Positions 33,472 through 43,222 of a stretch of 64,000 nucleotides of DNA are shown piece after piece. Positions within the stretch are counted from its first letter, which is position 1; every line of letters begins with the position of its first letter. The notes under the pieces were generated by a model. It did not search any database, was not told where the DNA came from, and saw only the letters and a program-made list of their open reading frames with translations. The DNA comes from Candidatus Dadabacteria bacterium (GTDB lineage Bacteria; Desulfobacterota_D; UBA1144; Nemesobacterales; CSP1-2): contig CAWDVW010000002.1 in the NCBI GenBank assembly GCA_963805855.1, positions 192,001 through 256,000 on the forward strand, given 5' to 3'. A program made the position numbers and the translations under genes.

Positions 33472-34065
33472 CTACAATTCACTCTTCAAATAAGATTCGA
33501 CAAAAAGCAATCTATCATTGCCCCAGAACATCTTGTCCCCCACAAAAATTGTCGGCGCGCCGAAAGCGCCCCTTCTAACCGCTTCTGCAGTTTCATTTCT
33601 GAGCTCATCCTTTATATCCTGCTCATCAATCCTCTTTATAAATAGTTCCTGGTCCATATCGAGCTCTTTTAACGCCAGGCGTAGTATATCATCCTGGCTT
33701 ATATCGTCATTCCGAATCCAGTAAAACTCGAAAAGTTTGTGCGTGTAATCCCTAATCCTTCCCTGTTCCTTCGCAACCAACGCGCCCCTCATCGATTTCA
33801 CGCTGTTAACCGGGAACAGCTCCGGGAAATTGAGCTCTATTCCATAATGATTGGCCCAATTCTTTACATCCTGAATCATGTACGTTTTTTTGCTGGGCAC
33901 CTCCAGGGGAGCGCGGTTGCCGGTCTCCTTATATACACCCCCTACTAAAAACGGTTTCCAATCGAGCTTGGCTCCATATTTTGCGCATATCCCTTCAATT
34001 TTCGTTGAAGCAAGATAGCTATACGGGCTTGAAAAATCATAAAAAAACTCAACCTTCTTGCTCAT
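33472..34065 (-). CDS. 2-hydroxychromene-2-carboxylate isomerase / GST-kappa (DsbA-like)
   Basis: 'FFYDFSSPYSYLA' and 'GAFGAPTIFVGDKMFWGNDRL'. Start ATG 34065 with an SD. Confidence 0.9.
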   Translation of the reverse strand: MSKKVEFFYDFSSPYSYLASTKIEGICAKYGAKLDWKPFLVGGVYKETGNRAPLEVPSKKTYMIQDVKNWANHYGIELNFPELFPVNSVKSMRGALVAKEQGRIRDYTHKLFEFYWIRNDDISQDDILRLALKELDMDQELFIKRIDEQDIKDELRNETAEAVRRGAFGAPTIFVGDKMFWGNDRLLFVESYLKSEL

Positions 34066-34317
34066 CTTTTCCTCCGAAACACTCAATAAAAACGATCGAT
34101 TTATTTTACAGCAGTTTTCATACACCCACTAATAGACTTAGTGATCTAGACCTTGACCCTATATGCAAGTGTGCTAAAATCAAAATACAATCGTCAGATT
34201 AAATTTTAGCAAACCAAGATAAGCTAAAGAAAAATGACTTGCCAAATTCGATCCACTCCCACCGTCCAAACGCATTAAAGATAAAAGTTTTTTATGAAGA
34301 TTCAAGATAGATAAAAA

Positions 34318-36267
34318 ATGACAAAGGGATTCAATGGCCTTCGAGTTACCGCTTTTGAGAGCCGCCGGGCAAAAGAGATAGAGAAACTGATCCTTTATCA
34401 CGGGGGCTCTCCACTTTTGGCACCCTCCATGAGGGAGGTTCCGTTATCTGAGGCATCGGAGGCATTAGAGTTTGCAAAAAGTCTATTTGAAGGGCAATTT
34501 GATATCATAATTTTCATGACTGGCGTTGGTACTAGCGCACTATTCAAGGCTGTATCAGCAAAATATAAGCAAACCGAACTTCTAGACACACTCCGCAAAG
34601 TAAAAAAGGTGGCTCGGGGCCCCAAACCGGTTGCCGCATTACGCGAATTTGGACTTAGACCAGACCTCCTGGTACCCGAACCAAACACATGGCGCGATAT
34701 TTTAAGGACATTGGATAATGAGCTCCCCGTAAATGGCAAAAGGGTTGCTGTACAGGAATATGGTCTATCTAACACCGAATTGTTATCAAGCTTGCACGGG
34801 AGGGGAGCAATTGTTACTCCCGTACCTGTCTATCGATGGGCGCTGCCCGAAGACCTAACCCCCCTTCGCTCGGCAATCCGTTCAATTGCAGATCAAAGAA
34901 CCGACATATCTCTCTTTACAAGTTCTCAGCAGGTACACCATTTGATCAAGGTAGCGTCGGACGAAGGCCTGGAAGAGCAGCTTAGAGAAGGTTTAAAAAC
35001 AGTGCTCATAGGATCGATTGGACCTACGACAACGCAGACTCTTCGTGAGGCAGGCTTGTCCGCCGACTATGAACCCAATAGTCCCAAGATGGGCAATCTG
35101 ATCCGAGATTTGGCAAGACGCGGTGAAGCCCTTTTGCGGAAGAAAAGGATTGCGTATTCAAACAAGGTTAACACAAACAAATGGCACAGAATTAACATGA
35201 TCTGGAATAAGGACAAGGGCTCCAACCCAAAAGAGGTCACCAAGAATTCGCCATTTTTAAAAGCATGTCGGCTCGAGCGCACGGACTATACACCAATTTG
35301 GCTAATGAGACAGGCCGGGAGGTTTCTGCGCGAATATAGGGAGCTCCGTGAGAAGGTTTCTTTTCTCGAACTTTGCAAAAAACCTGAAGCGGCGGCAGAG
35401 GTAACTCTGATGGCTGTGGATCGTCTGGCTGTTGATGCCGCGATCATTTTTGCCGACATATTGCTCATCCTGGAACCGTTAGGGATAAACCTAGAATTCT
35501 CCAGAGGAGACGGACCACGAATCAGAAAGCCCCTGAGATCGAGGAGGGCGGTTGCGCAGATTAGAGAATTTGATGCCGGAGAACTTAATTTCGTTTATGA
35601 CGCTATCAGGATCACGCGAAGTGCGCTCGACCCCGAGGTTCCATTAATAGGCTTTGCCGGTGCTCCTTTTACCGTCGCCTCATATATCATCGAGGGAAGG
35701 GGCTCGAAGAACTACGAAAACACCAAAGCAATTATGCACGGGGATTCCCCCACCTGGCATACGTTTATGAATAAATTAACCAATGCTACGGTTTCTTACC
35801 TCAACCATCAAATCTCGGCAGGGGCAGACGCAATACAGATTTTTGACAGCTGGGTTGGTTGCCTTTCACCGGACGACTATAGAGAATATGTTCTACCTCA
35901 TATGAATAGGTTGTTTCAAAACATCGTAAAAAACACCCCGGTCATACACTTTGGTACAAATACAGCCGGAATCTTGGAACAGATGAAGGAGGCCGGCGGG
36001 AATGTAATTGGGCTCGACTGGCGAGTGGATCTTAAAGATGCCTGGGCACGAGTTGGTTATAATGTTGGGGTGCAAGGAAACCTGGACCCTGCAATACTAA
36101 TGACGAAGCCAGCGGAAATTCGTAGAAAAGCTTCCATGATTATGGAGAAAGCCGAGAGAAGACCGGGATATATTTTCAACCTCGGACATGGCGTGTTGCC
36201 TAACACACCTGTTGATAATGTCCTTGCACTAATAGATCATGTGCATGAATATTCAAGTAAACGTTAA
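34318..36267 (+). CDS. hemE: Fused uroporphyrinogen-III synthase (HemD) / uroporphyrinogen decarboxylase (HemE)
   Basis: N-terminal HemD-like part ('ARGPKP', 'VYRWALP', 'FTSSQQV', 'SIGPTT') and C-terminal HemE part ('PIWLMRQAGR', 'LIGFAGAPFT', 'QIFDSW', 'FNLGHG') in one open frame. Confidence 0.92.
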   Translation: MTKGFNGLRVTAFESRRAKEIEKLILYHGGSPLLAPSMREVPLSEASEALEFAKSLFEGQFDIIIFMTGVGTSALFKAVSAKYKQTELLDTLRKVKKVARGPKPVAALREFGLRPDLLVPEPNTWRDILRTLDNELPVNGKRVAVQEYGLSNTELLSSLHGRGAIVTPVPVYRWALPEDLTPLRSAIRSIADQRTDISLFTSSQQVHHLIKVASDEGLEEQLREGLKTVLIGSIGPTTTQTLREAGLSADYEPNSPKMGNLIRDLARRGEALLRKKRIAYSNKVNTNKWHRINMIWNKDKGSNPKEVTKNSPFLKACRLERTDYTPIWLMRQAGRFLREYRELREKVSFLELCKKPEAAAEVTLMAVDRLAVDAAIIFADILLILEPLGINLEFSRGDGPRIRKPLRSRRAVAQIREFDAGELNFVYDAIRITRSALDPEVPLIGFAGAPFTVASYIIEGRGSKNYENTKAIMHGDSPTWHTFMNKLTNATVSYLNHQISAGADAIQIFDSWVGCLSPDDYREYVLPHMNRLFQNIVKNTPVIHFGTNTAGILEQMKEAGGNVIGLDWRVDLKDAWARVGYNVGVQGNLDPAILMTKPAEIRRKASMIMEKAERRPGYIFNLGHGVLPNTPVDNVLALIDHVHEYSSKR

Positions 36268-36351
36268 TGCTCGATTGGGTGGAGTAGTGCAGACTGGATC
36301 GTGGATCGTGCATCTTCCATCATGCATCGTGGATCAGGGCGGTGTCGTTAA

Positions 36352-37290
36352 ATGTCAAACAAATATGACGCAATATTGATGATAGCGTATGGCGGACCCG
36401 AAAAGACCGAGGACGTAAGGCCATTCCTCTCTACGGTTGCAAGCGGGCGGCCTATTCCACCCGATCGCTTAGAGGAAGTGGCTCATCACTATGAGCTTAT
36501 AGGAGGCAAATCACCACTGAACGAGCTTACATACCGGCAAGCTAAGGGGCTGGAGGCTCAGCTGAAAATCAACGGATATCCCCTACCGGTCTATGTTGGC
36601 ATGAGAAACTGGCATCCATTCCTTTCTGATACAGTCATCGAGATGTCAAAAGAAGGGGTAAACAGGGCATTGGCCATAATAATGGCAGCCCATCAATCCG
36701 ATGCGAGCTGGGAAAGGTATCAGCGAGATGTGGAGGAGGCCATTCGTACAACCGGCGTTGACCTGTCCGTAGATTACACAGAACCATTTTATGATCATCC
36801 TCTATTTATTGAGGACTCAGCCGAGCGGATAGCCGAATGCCTCGAACAGATACCGCCCGCTGATCGTGACGATACCCTTTTGATTTTTACAGCGCACAGC
36901 ATCCCGACTCCCATGGCCGAAGCATCTCCGTATGTAGAGCAACTTACGGTTTCATGTCGGCTGATATCGGAGAGGCTAGGTCATGAAACTTGGGTGCTCG
37001 CATATCAAAGCAGGAGCGGTCGTCCTACAGACCCCTGGCTGGAGCCTGATGTGTGTGATGTAATCAGAGAGCACTCCAAAAAATCCACCGGTCATGTAAT
37101 AATTCAACCGATCGGATTTATTTGTGATCACGTTGAAGTCCTTTATGATATCGGTATTGAAGCAGCGGAGGTTGCTGAGGAAGTTGGAATAAAAATGCTG
37201 AGAGCCAAAACGGTAAATGATGATCAGAAGTTTATTGAGGCACTAGCAGACATTGTTATCCGTCACATAAACAAGATACAGGATACATGA
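36352..37290 (+). CDS. hemH: Ferrochelatase
   Basis: 'AYGGPE', 'GMRNWHPF', 'FTAHSIP', 'YQSRSG...WLEPD' and 'GFICDHVEVLYD'. Confidence 0.95.
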   Translation: MSNKYDAILMIAYGGPEKTEDVRPFLSTVASGRPIPPDRLEEVAHHYELIGGKSPLNELTYRQAKGLEAQLKINGYPLPVYVGMRNWHPFLSDTVIEMSKEGVNRALAIIMAAHQSDASWERYQRDVEEAIRTTGVDLSVDYTEPFYDHPLFIEDSAERIAECLEQIPPADRDDTLLIFTAHSIPTPMAEASPYVEQLTVSCRLISERLGHETWVLAYQSRSGRPTDPWLEPDVCDVIREHSKKSTGHVIIQPIGFICDHVEVLYDIGIEAAEVAEEVGIKMLRAKTVNDDQKFIEALADIVIRHINKIQDT

Positions 37291-37412
37291 TTCACGATAC
37301 ATGATTAATGATTGATGATGCAGGACTCTGGATCGATCATGCATCCCAAATCCTGCATCATGCATCGTGTATCTTGCATCATGTCATCTGCAGGAATACA
37401 CCGTAGCGAAAA

Positions 37413-38834
37413 ATGCGAATAGCTATCATAGGTGGTGGTATAACGGGACTGAGCGCCGCGCATCGGCTAATGGAGTTGAGCTCTGAGAGTAAAACTCGGC
37501 TTGAAGTTCTTCTCCTTGAAGGACGTAATAAGCCCGGCGGAGTTATATCTACCAAACGGGTAGATGAATTTTTAGTTGAAGAGGGACCCGATTCCTTCAT
37601 TACCACCAAGCCATGGGCGTTGGACCTATCTAGACGATTGGGTTTGGAACCGGAACTAATCCCGACAAGTGAAGAAAACCGTCGCACCTATGTTGTGAAA
37701 CGGGGAAGACTCATACACGTGCCTGATGGATTCCTTATGCTTGCGCCGACTCGCCTTGTATCGTTCTTAAAATCGCCCTTGTTTACATGGCGCGGGAAGC
37801 TACGAACAGCATTTGAGATAGTTCTACCAAGTAGATCGGGCAACGGTGATGAAAGCCTCGCATCGTTCGTTACGCGACGATTTGGTCGAGAGGTGCTTGA
37901 TGTTGTCGCGCAACCATTAATAAGTGGCATTTACACAGCTGATCCGCAAACCCTGAGTCTTAAGGCCACCTTCCCCCAATTTCTAGAATTGGAACAGAAG
38001 CACGGAAGCGTAATAAGGGCTTTGATCAGAGAAAATAAAAAAAGAAAGACTCCGACATCCGGTGAGAGCGGAGCCCGTTATAGCCTTTTCTTATCCTTCA
38101 AAAGTGGCATGGAAACTTTGATAGAGAAGTTGGGTTCCGGTCTGCCCAGAAAATCTTTGAACCTCGGGAAAACCATTAAACGCTTGGAACCGTCAAAAAA
38201 CGGGTGGGCACTGATGACTGAGGACGGAAAAATGATAGATGCCGATGGTGTAATAATCGCCTTGGCCTCCAATAAGGCATATAAGTTACTCGAAAAATTT
38301 GACAGTCGTCTTGCTAAAGAATTATCACAGATAAGATATGAGTCCTCTGTCGTTATCAACCTCGGTTACAACCTTAAAGACATATCTCATAATCTAGATG
38401 GCTTCGGATTTGTTGTACCGACAGTTGAAAGGCGCCCTATCTTAGCCTGCTCCTTTAGCAGTTTAAAATTCAAGGGAAGGGCACCAGAAGGCAGGGTTCT
38501 GCTCCGCTGTTTTATTGGGGGTGCAACTAATCCCGAAATTTATGAAAGGGACGATAACTGGCTGACGAAAACTGCACATGAAGAAATGTGCGAACTACTC
38601 GGAGTGAGTGATAAACCTGTCTTAAAGATGGTGAGCAGGTACCATCAATCAATGCCTCAATACTTTGTTGGGCATCTTGACCTCGTTGCCAAAATAAAAG
38701 AGCGAGTAGACAAATATAAGTCCCTTGAGCTTGCCGGAAACGCATACGGTGGAGTTGGCATACCGGACTGTATAAATTCCGGAGAAACAGCGGCAGAAAA
38801 CATCTTCAATAATCTAAAAAATAAACCCAGTTAA
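37413..38834 (+). CDS. hemG: HemY-type proto-/coproporphyrinogen oxidase
   Basis: 'IAIIGGGITGL', 'EEGPDSF', 'GFGFVVP' and 'GVGIPDCI'. Confidence 0.93.
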   Translation: MRIAIIGGGITGLSAAHRLMELSSESKTRLEVLLLEGRNKPGGVISTKRVDEFLVEEGPDSFITTKPWALDLSRRLGLEPELIPTSEENRRTYVVKRGRLIHVPDGFLMLAPTRLVSFLKSPLFTWRGKLRTAFEIVLPSRSGNGDESLASFVTRRFGREVLDVVAQPLISGIYTADPQTLSLKATFPQFLELEQKHGSVIRALIRENKKRKTPTSGESGARYSLFLSFKSGMETLIEKLGSGLPRKSLNLGKTIKRLEPSKNGWALMTEDGKMIDADGVIIALASNKAYKLLEKFDSRLAKELSQIRYESSVVINLGYNLKDISHNLDGFGFVVPTVERRPILACSFSSLKFKGRAPEGRVLLRCFIGGATNPEIYERDDNWLTKTAHEEMCELLGVSDKPVLKMVSRYHQSMPQYFVGHLDLVAKIKERVDKYKSLELAGNAYGGVGIPDCINSGETAAENIFNNLKNKPS

Positions 38835-38857
38835 TGATCGAAAGACTCTGAATACGA

Positions 38858-39430
38858 CTATGTTTTAAATGCCTTTTCTCTGAACAGCCTTCTATACAAT
38901 TTAACAAATGCAAAACATATTATTCCAATCACCGAAATAAACGCCACCACGGGAAAAGAAATTGCTATAATTGACATTGCCACTGATCCACCAGCTTCAG
39001 CAGTTGAAACGATCGGATTAGCAAATCCCCCTGTTGTAGCGGTCGATACCAGTCTGGTTATGCCAGTCAAACCCTGAACCGTACCGGCAATTCCTCCACC
39101 AACTATGACCGCTAGTGACCATCTGAGTAAAGGGCTCATTTCCGAGACAGCTGAGGCCATGACTATCGTACCGGCGATTATTGCAGCAGGAACCGCAATC
39201 GTATCCAGGAGGTTATCGATAACCGGGACGTAATAAGAAAGGATCTCAACTATCGAAGCTATCCCAAACACTACAAGAGCTGGATATGTGCCGATCCATT
39301 CAAAGCCAGGGGCCAGGGATAGATGACCAGAAAGTGCCGAAACGCTCACTATCATCAGTGGAATGAATACTCTAAATCCACACGCGGCGCTGAGACCAAT
39401 GCCTATAAAAATGCTTAGTAATGTTTCCAT
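38858..39430 (-). CDS. DUF4126-type membrane protein
   Basis: 'GIGLSAACGFRVFIP', 'YYVPVIDNLLD' and 'TGGFANPIVSTAE'. Confidence 0.8.
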   Translation of the reverse strand: METLLSIFIGIGLSAACGFRVFIPLMIVSVSALSGHLSLAPGFEWIGTYPALVVFGIASIVEILSYYVPVIDNLLDTIAVPAAIIAGTIVMASAVSEMSPLLRWSLAVIVGGGIAGTVQGLTGITRLVSTATTGGFANPIVSTAEAGGSVAMSIIAISFPVVAFISVIGIICFAFVKLYRRLFREKAFKT

Positions 39431-39728
39431 ATCTTTAGCCCTCCTGCTAAAGTAATTATATAAACAGTGATCTCGAGATCAAGACAGAAGTAGATTTAGG
39501 ATGCTTATTGCCAAACCAAATAAAGCTCTTGATTGATACCCACTAAGCGGAAACAAATATTTATTCAAAAAGTTTGATACTAATAAATGTTTGGATATCA
39601 TATTAGAAACTTCGATACGCAGGTTCATAGAAAAAAAAACAAAGACTGGAACAAAGACTCGGATTAATAGTATCATGAAGACAATGTTCAGTTATAATTC
39701 AAAAAATTCTAATGGAGGTAAGTAATCG

Positions 39729-40502
39729 ATGAAACATAAAGACAAGGTAGCGATTGTCACAGGTGGAAGCCTCGGATTAGGGAAGGCAACGGCAATTCTC
39801 CTCGCAAAAGAAGGAGCAAAAGTTGTAATAACCGGCCGTACTGAAAAGACCTTGAAGGAAACTGTAGAAGAAGCAAAAAAAGAAGGGCTAGAAATTGATT
39901 ATTTTGTCAGTGATGTCTCTAAGGAAAATGATTGCAAGGCCGCAGTCGATTATACAATGGGGAAATACACCCGCGTAGATATTCTATTCAACAATGCAGG
40001 CGTCTTGTATATTTATAACACCCACGAAACACCAACAGACAAATGGGAAGAAACTTTTGATGTAAACGTAAAAGGCACTTATTTTATGTCAAAATATGTA
40101 ATTCCAAAGATGTTAGAACAGGGTGGTGGTTGCATAGTCAACAACTCTTCTATACTAGGCTTGAAAGCAATTCCCGGCGCAGCCGCATACAACGCAAGCA
40201 AGGGAGCCATAACACAGCTCACAAGGAGTATGGCTCTTGAGTACGCGGAGAAAGGGATTCGTGTTAACTGTATATGTCCCGGCACAATTTGGACCCCAAT
40301 GGTGGAAGGATTTTTCGCTGCTGTCCCCGATCAGGACGCGCTTAAAGGATATTTGGAAACACTCCAGCCCCTTGCCAAACATTTAGGGCGTTTCGGCAAA
40401 CCCGAGGAAATTGCTCACGCTGTTTCATTCCTCTGTGACGACAATGTTAAGTATATGACTGGTGCTGCGCTTTCGGTCGATGCAGGATGGATCGCCGGAT
40501 AA
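39729..40502 (+). CDS. SDR-family oxidoreductase
   Basis: 'VTGGSLGLG', 'FNNAG', 'YNASK' and 'IRVNCICPG'. Confidence 0.93.
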   Translation: MKHKDKVAIVTGGSLGLGKATAILLAKEGAKVVITGRTEKTLKETVEEAKKEGLEIDYFVSDVSKENDCKAAVDYTMGKYTRVDILFNNAGVLYIYNTHETPTDKWEETFDVNVKGTYFMSKYVIPKMLEQGGGCIVNNSSILGLKAIPGAAAYNASKGAITQLTRSMALEYAEKGIRVNCICPGTIWTPMVEGFFAAVPDQDALKGYLETLQPLAKHLGRFGKPEEIAHAVSFLCDDNVKYMTGAALSVDAGWIAG

Positions 40503-40630
40503 CTAGTTAAGATTTTAATAGAAAATTTTATATCGAGGTTTATTATCGAAGAACTAGTTGTAGAATTTGATTTGAATTGATGGTATAAATATGTTTAAGA
40601 TTTTTCTATTCTAAATCATCTTAAAGGAGG

Positions 40631-40975
40631 GTGAGGATGAAAATTAGGTTAACCATTGTTTTGGCCTTGATTTTCGCAACTGGTTTCTCCACTCTTAGCT
40701 CCTTTGGCGTGGAATACAGTCAAACGGCCTCACAAAAGCACTTCACTGCAATTATATTGAGTCTTCCCGGTGTTATTAGCGCAGAGTGGGATTCTCCAAT
40801 ATCATTATGGGTAAAAACCTCATCTAAAGCTGTTGGATCACCGCCAAATGCACAAAAGGCAAAACAGTTAGCCGACATACTGGCTGAGAGGGGAAGAACT
40901 GCGCTCAGGCAACCGTTTTGCGTTCACATTTATCAGAAAAAAGACAGTGAACTGGCTAGCTCTTGCGTTTATTAA
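40631..40975 (+). CDS. Exported hypothetical protein
   Basis: AAGGAGG SD, signal peptide and two C-terminal Cys. Confidence 0.65.
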   Translation: MRMKIRLTIVLALIFATGFSTLSSFGVEYSQTASQKHFTAIILSLPGVISAEWDSPISLWVKTSSKAVGSPPNAQKAKQLADILAERGRTALRQPFCVHIYQKKDSELASSCVY

Positions 40976-40994
40976 GCTATTACAATCATAGAGA

Positions 40995-42014
40995 ATGAGT
41001 CTAAGCATAAAGGATGAGGCAAGATTTCTATTCTATATATTCGCTCCGATCCTTTTTCTGTCGTGCGTGGGTCGAAACCCTGTAGAGCCTGCGCCCGAGT
41101 CTGGATATTATGAAAATGAACCCGTTGTTTTCGACGCAAGCTACGATGAAGTATGGTCCGCAACTATTGCTGCTTTAGAATCGCTCGACTGGCGAATCCA
41201 AAGCCAGGATATGTCTACTGGTAGAATACAATTCGAAACATCTTATGTTTATAGCCCCGAATTCGGTAAAAGGGACAGAGTATATGCTGAACCAACAAAT
41301 CAGCAGATTAAGGATTCCAAGGTCATGGCTTATCTGAGACAAATATCATACTTCGAAAAATTGACCCCTCCGCCAGCCCCACCCAACCCACAATTCGTAA
41401 AGGAAAAATTGCGTGTCGACGTGAAAAGCCTTGCCCCCTCGGAGACTGAGGTAAAGCTAAGTTATAAAATCATGCCATTCTTTGATTATAAAATCGGATA
41501 CCTGGGCACAGTTAGGTCGAGGGGCCACCTGGAAAAGATGGTACTGCAGGAGATAAATGACGCTCTAATGAAAAAACAGATGCTAGCTCAGGAACTACCA
41601 GAAGCCCCACCAGCCGCATCTTCACTTGAAATAGGATTGGAATTGAAGGATATTTTCTTCGATTTCGACAAATCTGATATAAGACCAGACGCCATAGCAG
41701 TCCTTCAAGAAAATGCCAAGGCACTCAGGGACAACCCGGATTTCACAGTAATGATTCAGGGGTATGCCGACATAAGGGGCACTGCTCAATACAACCTTGC
41801 GCTCGCATTGAGGAGGGCTAATGCGGCGAAAAATTTTCTGATTGGTCTGGGTATAGCTCCGGTAAGAATTATAGTGGTGAGCAAGGGCGCCACAACGAGA
41901 TTTGCCCCGGGAACTACTGAGGATGCATATCAGTTGAATAGGAGAGATCAATTCATATCTATAAAACCAGGCACTGGCACGGGGGCATTGACTACTTATC
42001 GCACTAATGAATGA
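40995..42014 (+). CDS. Lipoprotein with C-terminal OmpA/Pal-like peptidoglycan-binding domain
   Basis: Lipobox-like 'FLSC', then 'DIFFDFDKSDIR', 'GYADIRG...YNLALALRRA' and 'NRR'. Confidence 0.85.
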   Translation: MSLSIKDEARFLFYIFAPILFLSCVGRNPVEPAPESGYYENEPVVFDASYDEVWSATIAALESLDWRIQSQDMSTGRIQFETSYVYSPEFGKRDRVYAEPTNQQIKDSKVMAYLRQISYFEKLTPPPAPPNPQFVKEKLRVDVKSLAPSETEVKLSYKIMPFFDYKIGYLGTVRSRGHLEKMVLQEINDALMKKQMLAQELPEAPPAASSLEIGLELKDIFFDFDKSDIRPDAIAVLQENAKALRDNPDFTVMIQGYADIRGTAQYNLALALRRANAAKNFLIGLGIAPVRIIVVSKGATTRFAPGTTEDAYQLNRRDQFISIKPGTGTGALTTYRTNE

Positions 42015-42214
42015 GAGTAAATCCTTATCAAATTAAATCTAATTGTTCTTATCGTATTAGACAATTCGACACCACTTGCACTTAAATTCATCGTGTTAAA
42101 GTGAAAGTATTGCGGCCAGTCCTTAATTCCGTTTATCCGATATTCAAGTTAGCGCTGTCAAAACAAAACTTTGCCACTACCAGAAATTCTAATCATGTAC
42201 TACAACATCTCAGT

Positions 42215-43048
42215 ATGTCGGAGCGGATAGAAGTGAAAGACTCAAGATTTGACATTAATAAATTAAAAAAAACCTATAAGGACATGAGAAATTATTTCAA
42301 CGATATTAAGGAATTATCCAATTCCGAAGAGGAGGTCACCCACGCGCAATTTGTTATCGATATGCTTCTGAAATGGGAAAGTACACAGTTTAAGACGAAG
42401 CAGAGGATCCCAATAAGTTTTAATGAATATCTCGTCTTCACCATATTGCTGCCGAACGAGACTAACAACAATGATCCGAGCATCGTCGATGGATTGTGGG
42501 CTTATCAATATTTCTTGATAAACATAGGCGAAAAAAAAGAAGCAGACACACTTGAGTCCATCATGCGCAGCAAAATAGGCAGAGAGGAATGGAACGAGAC
42601 CAAGAAGCGAAATGTCATGGCAGCAAATCTGCTCAGATCCGCATACGAAAAAAGTAAGGGATCTGATAACGAGGCTCTAATTGAAGAAGGCGATAAAATA
42701 TCAAATCAGCTCGACTTCGCTTTTATGAAAGATGATAAAGAGGAAAAACAGATACTCGATCAAAAAGAAGAGCCAGACATTCAGGAAAGTGAAAAAGAAG
42801 ATAAATTTGATATGCGCAAATATCTTGAAAAAGAAAGGAAGAAAAAAATACTAGCTCCATATATATGGTTTCCATTCCTCATCATTCTAGCCGGCATCGT
42901 TTTCTATACAGTCTATGGGGCGAGGTTAGGAAGATTAAATGAAAAAGTATTATTGATATTGATCGGTGTATTAATAGTCATGACTTTAGGATTTATCGTC
43001 ATCAAAATGTCGTCGAAAGATAGAGGACAGGGGCAGAAAGGCCCTTAA
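42215..43048 (+). CDS. Hypothetical protein with two C-terminal TM helices
   Basis: Long ORF, charged helical N-terminal part and two hydrophobic C-terminal segments. Start chosen at the first ATG. Confidence 0.65.
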   Translation: MSERIEVKDSRFDINKLKKTYKDMRNYFNDIKELSNSEEEVTHAQFVIDMLLKWESTQFKTKQRIPISFNEYLVFTILLPNETNNNDPSIVDGLWAYQYFLINIGEKKEADTLESIMRSKIGREEWNETKKRNVMAANLLRSAYEKSKGSDNEALIEEGDKISNQLDFAFMKDDKEEKQILDQKEEPDIQESEKEDKFDMRKYLEKERKKKILAPYIWFPFLIILAGIVFYTVYGARLGRLNEKVLLILIGVLIVMTLGFIVIKMSSKDRGQGQKGP

Positions 43049-43222
43049 AATATGCCGTTCTTCCATTGCAAGCCAATTCAGAATCAGAATTTAAGCATTT
43101 CGATTCAAGTATTCAATTTGAAGATCACAGTAGTAAAAGAAATTCAAACCTGAACAGCTGGCTATTCGACCGTACCTAAATTTTTATTTCGCAATTTCCA
43201 AAAAAAGAATGAAATTTAGAGG

